A stretch of DNA of 25,163 nt from a virus (taxonomy: Duplodnaviria > Heunggongvirae > Uroviricota > Caudoviricetes): IMG/VR virus record IMGVR_UViG_3300021976_000008, positions 1 to 25,163 of that record; one strand, 5' to 3'. This document shows positions 21,801 to 25,163 of the stretch, piece after piece. How positions within the stretch are numbered: position 1 is the stretch's first letter; every line of letters begins with the position of its first letter. The notes under the pieces were generated by a model, which ran no database searches, was not told the DNA's origin, and saw nothing but the letters and a program-made list of their open reading frames with translations. A program made the translations under genes and the position numbers.

Positions 21801-22531
21801 GGCTGCCCAACGTCTTCAAGATGCGCGATGTCGCCCAGGGCTTCCGGGAGCTGGTCTGGAAGATCGTCGCTGGCGCTGACGCCGGCTTCCCCGAGCAGAG
21901 CCGAGCTATGGCGGGGGCGTCCGGAGCGGGGCTCGGGGGCAACACCGCCGCCAACCGGCGCCTCGGACAACAGCTCAACGCTGCTCGCGGCTGGGGCTCG
22001 CACTGGTCCGCTCTCGACTCTCTCGTGATGTCGGAGAGCGGCTGGAACAACAACGCTCAGAACCCGACCTCGACCGCATACGGAATCGGCCAGTTCCTCA
22101 ACTCGACCTGGGCGGGCGTTGGCTACTCCAAGACCAGCGACCCCCGCATTCAGATCATGGCCATGCTCGACTACATCCGCCAGCGCTATGTGGACCCGTC
22201 GCGGGCGTGGACCTTCAAGAAGTCCCACAACTGGTATAGCGGCGGCGGTGAGTTGCCGAGCTTCGCTGCTGGCCTCTACCGGGTTCCCACCAACGATTTC
22301 CCGGCCAGCCTGCACAAGGACGAGATGGTGCTGAAGGCGTCGGACGCCAATGCGGTCCGAGACGGAGGCCCTGGCAGCGGAAACACGATGATCCGCATCG
22401 AGAACTTCAACATCAACATCGATGGTGCTGGCTCGCTCGAAGATGCCCGTCGCAAGGCTCGGGCAGCAGGGAAGGCCTTCCTAGATGTCCTCGAAGAACG
22501 CCGCGTACTAACGGACGCAAGGATCTCCTGA
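18884..22531 (+). CDS. Tail tape measure protein (TP901-type N-domain) with C-terminal lytic transglycosylase domain, 1215 aa
   Basis: TTG start with GAGG RBS; FDEQM...TTFSATEAAEAFYGL..AG...; aromatic ~11-residue periodicity; SESGWN.NAQNPTSTAYGIGQFL...QI.AML.YI..RY. Confidence 0.93.
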   Translation: MAIRRLDLIITSNATAALRGFASLEGAAKAMENRFGKAGRAMFNIGVIGAAGAVAFTAKSVKAFIDFDEQMTKSTAILDNVSGPVRKRLEDAAKAIAKTTTFSATEAAEAFYGLFSAGLSAEQTISAIPVVAQFAQAALMDMGQATDYLVNAQSSLGLSMDDPIANMREMQRVADVLTETNNLATGTVEEFAEALTHKAGGALKTVGKDIEEGAAALAYLAEQGVRGSRAGESLAIFIRDVSRAAGNASFVDDFRKFGVEVFNAEGNLKNLADVVGEFEQALGPMSDKERAVTLEQMGLTRSVGDVIRQMMGGSGAIREYEVALRNAGGATQSVADKQMESLRSKIDIIKNRLNVLMIDFGEPVAIWLVEVFFPWFETKFIPALRDTALLVREDLRPAFELAAKALDNPAVVKFLVFMGGFLTVMIAASKVAKIFAIAVGAGANIIKIFMVVLRPLIGLVKLGATIFSELRFAMFAIRYAIVTQVMPALTALATMIGISVGWLILIIIAIVAVGVAIYVWRDEIWGAIKAVGRFFVRLWDDIYGGFVMPIVRFFTGPFIDFWKAVWQAVEGPIKVFLRVIQVFGSIMLAILLAPFIIVAGVIYAVVKAIVTWLAKHWWEIALIISTVWGYIVDGTKWVWHTVIVPLISLAWNIIYTMVWRRIMLVLTVIRMVWNLIRFTTYVTWQIITGIILAAWHFIRDRIATPLARYWSAYVVPALTVFWQSTVMIWNLIKGAFQAAWHWLRDTVIKPFMAYWEVSVVPKLIAFRDSAARIWTQIKDTAAAVWTQIKDTAAAVWDSIVAAIKTPVNAIIKVINALIDGINAVIGLINEIPGVDIPRIPRIPLIGSSRGGGQGSSSPQLTGGANEMGTYDLAKRGPFKTHGPRAIVGEGDPRFPEYVIPTDPRFRGRANMLFSGLASELGAGYQFGGIIDGVTDAVGGAIDAAGGLLGDLARGALKTAFSPFNEAAKSGLNRLPNVFKMRDVAQGFRELVWKIVAGADAGFPEQSRAMAGASGAGLGGNTAANRRLGQQLNAARGWGSHWSALDSLVMSESGWNNNAQNPTSTAYGIGQFLNSTWAGVGYSKTSDPRIQIMAMLDYIRQRYVDPSRAWTFKKSHNWYSGGGELPSFAAGLYRVPTNDFPASLHKDEMVLKASDANAVRDGGPGSGNTMIRIENFNINIDGAGSLEDARRKARAAGKAFLDVLEERRVLTDARIS
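21201..21271 (+). repeat. Exact 33-bp tandem duplication (WTQIKDTAAAV x2) in the tape measure gene
   Basis: tttggacccagatcaaagacacggcagcggccg at 21201-21233 and 21234-21266, then tttgg. Confidence 0.95.
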
Positions 22532-25017
22532 TGGTTGATTTCAACCCGAATTTCCCAGAGACATTCGGCCTCGAATGGCTCGTCACGCGAGATCACAAGA
22601 GCCGTGTCTTCGCTGGTTCCCCTGGCCGGATGATGCGGTTGCGCTCGACCGGTGCCGAGACGATCGGCGCCTTGAAGCTCTCAGCAGCCGTGAACCCGAT
22701 ATCGACGGCCAGCGTCCCGACCCTCATCGATGTCTTCGAGGAGGGCGACGAGTTCACGGCTTTGCCCAAAGTGGCCCGGCTGCTTCCCAATAGCGACAAC
22801 ACGAACGAGGGGTGGACCACTCAGGCCGGCAGCTCCTCGAACCTCTTCCAGTCCATCGATGAGGCAACTACGAAGTGGCCTAACCCGGCCGACACGAACT
22901 ACATCCAATCAATCACGCCCCTCACCTCGTACATCGCTGGCGTCAATGCGTCCTTGTTCAACTCCGGAGGCGCTGCCGAGAACGGTCGTATCTTCTGGGT
23001 CTCCGTTGGAGCGATCCTCGCTGCCAACACGGGATTCCGCAAGATGTCGGTCGCTCTCCTGATTGACGGCACAGGCTACGCCCCGGCGGCCGGCGGACAG
23101 CGCGACGTGCATGGGTTCGGTCAGATCTATGACTTCTGGTGGGGCGAACTCAACCCTGCGACCAGCTTGCCCTGGACCCCAAGCGATATAGCCAAATTCG
23201 ATACCGAGTCTGACTGGGGCATCGTCGTCAGGACAAGCCAAGCGGCCTCCGCGGCTCTCCATCCGAGGGTGGTGGCACTGAGTCTCAACGTCCACTACCA
23301 GAACACGGAGAACCGAGCGGCGGTCGGCGTGTGGCGCCGACCGGAAGACATCGGCGAGGAACGACTGCTCAACGTCACGACCGACGCGCTGCGCACGATG
23401 CCCAGCGGAGCGGCGAACTGGTCAAAGCTCACCAATACCAACTACTTGTTCTTCTGGCGCCAATCCATCTCGCCTTCGGAGTATGGAGCAGTCGTCGCCG
23501 ACGATGTTCGCTGGAACGGCGCCGTGCAGGATCTCGGCCCGGCCGGGCAGCCGCCTGGCATGGTCTACCCGCTCCATCACTCAGGCGTAGCTCCGCCTCC
23601 GGCCACCGGCCTGGCGAGTGACTCGATCCCCTATGACCAGTTTGGTCGTCCGCAAGTGGCGTTCGATGCCGCTGTGCCGGGTCTGGGCACCCTTGGGGGA
23701 CCGATCCTGACCCAGAACGGCGCCGCCTACGGGCTCGTACCGGTCGCCCTGGTGGGCAGCCTCCCCGTCGATAGCGTCGACAGCCAGCCATATCGCCTCG
23801 ACATCGCCGATCTAGTCACCTTCCGCTCGGGGACAGGCACGACAGGGCAGCGACTGACGCCGGCCTCGACCCAGAGCTACCTCGGGGTCCGCTTTCCGAT
23901 CATCCCGCCGACCAGCCCGGATGGGACCCTGACCGTCAAGGTTCATCGCCAGTCCGATGGCGTACAGATCGGCGGCAGCTTCACTATCACCGCCGACGCC
24001 TGCCGCGCTCTCCCCGCTGCGTCGCAAGGCATCCGCTATGTCTCAGGGTTCCTTGGCTCCGGAGCCTCGCTTACAGGGTCGACTCAATACGAGATCCGCT
24101 TCACAACGGACACCACGGCCAACTGGACCGTCTTCGCCCCTGACTGTTCGCTCGGGCCATCGACGGGCTTTGGTGGCACCTCTAACGGTGCATTGATCGC
24201 CGGTTCTCATCAGACCAGTCGAGACATGTGCGTCACGCTTATTCGGCAGCCAGACGCCCCCACGGGCGTCACGGCGGCCGTCTTTGAATTCGATGTCACG
24301 ATGCCAGACGGCACGATGCGAGAAGTCGAGCACGTTGATGTCAGTTGGACCGCACCCGCAGCCCCGCTGGGTGCTCCGTTCTTTCGCTACGAGCTGGAAC
24401 GTCAACTCACAGATGAAGTGACTTGGACTCGGATCGCTCACCTGAACGATGCGTCGATCCTCACCTTCCCAGATCACCTCGTACCGCGAGGGTTTACAGC
24501 GACCTACAGGGTTCGTGAGGTAGCTACCGATGGACGAATCAGTGAGTGGGCAACGTCGAATGCGGTAACTCCGCTGCAAGGTGATTACGACATCCTTCTC
24601 ACCTCGAACCACGATCCCACTCTTGAGGTTGTCTTCGATATCCCCGACCAAGGCGCCGCCTACTCCTTCATCTCGGCCGAGCGTGACGAGATCATCTCTT
24701 TGCACGGGGCTGACAATCAGGTCGTCTTCACTGAGTCAGAGGATCGCGGCGTCGGATGGCAGGCAAGCATCGAGCTGAACTTCGGGAACCAGCCGCCTGT
24801 CGTGAAGGCCGGGCAGCGACTCTTCACGGATCTGCTTGAGATCACTCGCTCTCCCGACATCCCCTTCGTCGCGGCGATGGACTTCCAGGGCGTCCGAATC
24901 CTGGGGCATGTCAGGCCCGGGGATGCCGCCCAGAAGGAGCCCGGCTACCGCTATACGGCGTCTATCGACGTGACGCCCACTCACACCATCGAAGTGCCCG
25001 TCGAAGTTGAGCCTTGA
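22531..25017 (+). CDS. Large minor tail protein, 828 aa: beta-rich N-terminal modules, FN3-like domain, possible Dit-like C-terminus
   Basis: TGATG overlap with the tape measure gene; PDAPTGVTA...VDVSWTAP...YELER...TYRVREVATDGRISEW (FN3 pattern). Confidence 0.8.
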   Translation: MVDFNPNFPETFGLEWLVTRDHKSRVFAGSPGRMMRLRSTGAETIGALKLSAAVNPISTASVPTLIDVFEEGDEFTALPKVARLLPNSDNTNEGWTTQAGSSSNLFQSIDEATTKWPNPADTNYIQSITPLTSYIAGVNASLFNSGGAAENGRIFWVSVGAILAANTGFRKMSVALLIDGTGYAPAAGGQRDVHGFGQIYDFWWGELNPATSLPWTPSDIAKFDTESDWGIVVRTSQAASAALHPRVVALSLNVHYQNTENRAAVGVWRRPEDIGEERLLNVTTDALRTMPSGAANWSKLTNTNYLFFWRQSISPSEYGAVVADDVRWNGAVQDLGPAGQPPGMVYPLHHSGVAPPPATGLASDSIPYDQFGRPQVAFDAAVPGLGTLGGPILTQNGAAYGLVPVALVGSLPVDSVDSQPYRLDIADLVTFRSGTGTTGQRLTPASTQSYLGVRFPIIPPTSPDGTLTVKVHRQSDGVQIGGSFTITADACRALPAASQGIRYVSGFLGSGASLTGSTQYEIRFTTDTTANWTVFAPDCSLGPSTGFGGTSNGALIAGSHQTSRDMCVTLIRQPDAPTGVTAAVFEFDVTMPDGTMREVEHVDVSWTAPAAPLGAPFFRYELERQLTDEVTWTRIAHLNDASILTFPDHLVPRGFTATYRVREVATDGRISEWATSNAVTPLQGDYDILLTSNHDPTLEVVFDIPDQGAAYSFISAERDEIISLHGADNQVVFTESEDRGVGWQASIELNFGNQPPVVKAGQRLFTDLLEITRSPDIPFVAAMDFQGVRILGHVRPGDAAQKEPGYRYTASIDVTPTHTIEVPVEVEP

Positions 25018-25029
25018 AAGGAACCTGAC

Positions 25030-25163
25030 ATGGCAGTTGGACTCGCACCGTCTGTGGCCAATGCGTTCTTGAACTGGTTGGTCAACCAGACATCCGCCGG
25101 CACCACTCCCGCCGCCATCTGGCTTCAGTTGCATACGGCTGATCCGGGTTTGAGCGGCACAAC
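25030..25163 (+). CDS. Minor tail/fibre-associated protein, 5' part only (runs off the window)
   Basis: RBS GAAAGGA; MAVGLAPSVANAFLNWL...IWLQLHTADPGLSGT, the 'LHTADPG' motif of common phage tail proteins. Confidence 0.75.
   Translation, partial: MAVGLAPSVANAFLNWLVNQTSAGTTPAAIWLQLHTADPGLSGT

Noticed and set aside
1-25163. tRNA, rRNA, CRISPR array, integrase, transposase, lysis genes, stoperator-like dispersed repeats
   Set aside because: None recognised by eye: no cloverleaf, no regularly spaced repeats, no recombinase or endolysin motifs. A tRNAscan/CRISPR/MEME run would be needed to exclude weak cases.

Overview
High-GC window from a tailed siphovirus-type phage or prophage with an HK97-type head. 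The host is most likely an actinobacterium (inferred from TANNNT leaderless promoters and an actinobacterial-type transglycosylase in the tape measure protein). No integrase, repressor or lysis gene is visible, so prophage versus free phage cannot be decided. Bases 1-4900 are an accessory region of short, apparently independently promoted units: small membrane and Zn-finger genes, an orphan HicB-like gene, a DUF4352 protein, an Excalibur-domain secreted protein, a wHTH protein and several structured intergenic segments. From about 4900 a putative late promoter, structured leader and terminator precede a long + strand late operon: HNH, small ORFs, terS, terL, Sm-like protein, portal, prohead protease, major capsid, a glycosyltransferase-like gene, an Acb2/Tad1-like gene, head-tail adaptor, tail terminator, an SSB-like gene, tail tube, gp10-like protein, tail chaperone with a -1 frameshift, tape measure with a lytic transglycosylase, a large minor tail protein and the start of a further tail gene. 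The most interesting signals are the glycosyltransferase plus sponge-like insert behind the capsid gene, the structured late leader together with internal terminators, a candidate ~190-nt small-RNA unit, and a terminase with deviant ATPase motifs and a low-GC3 patch. All family assignments come from motif recognition by eye; no searches or folding programs were run.
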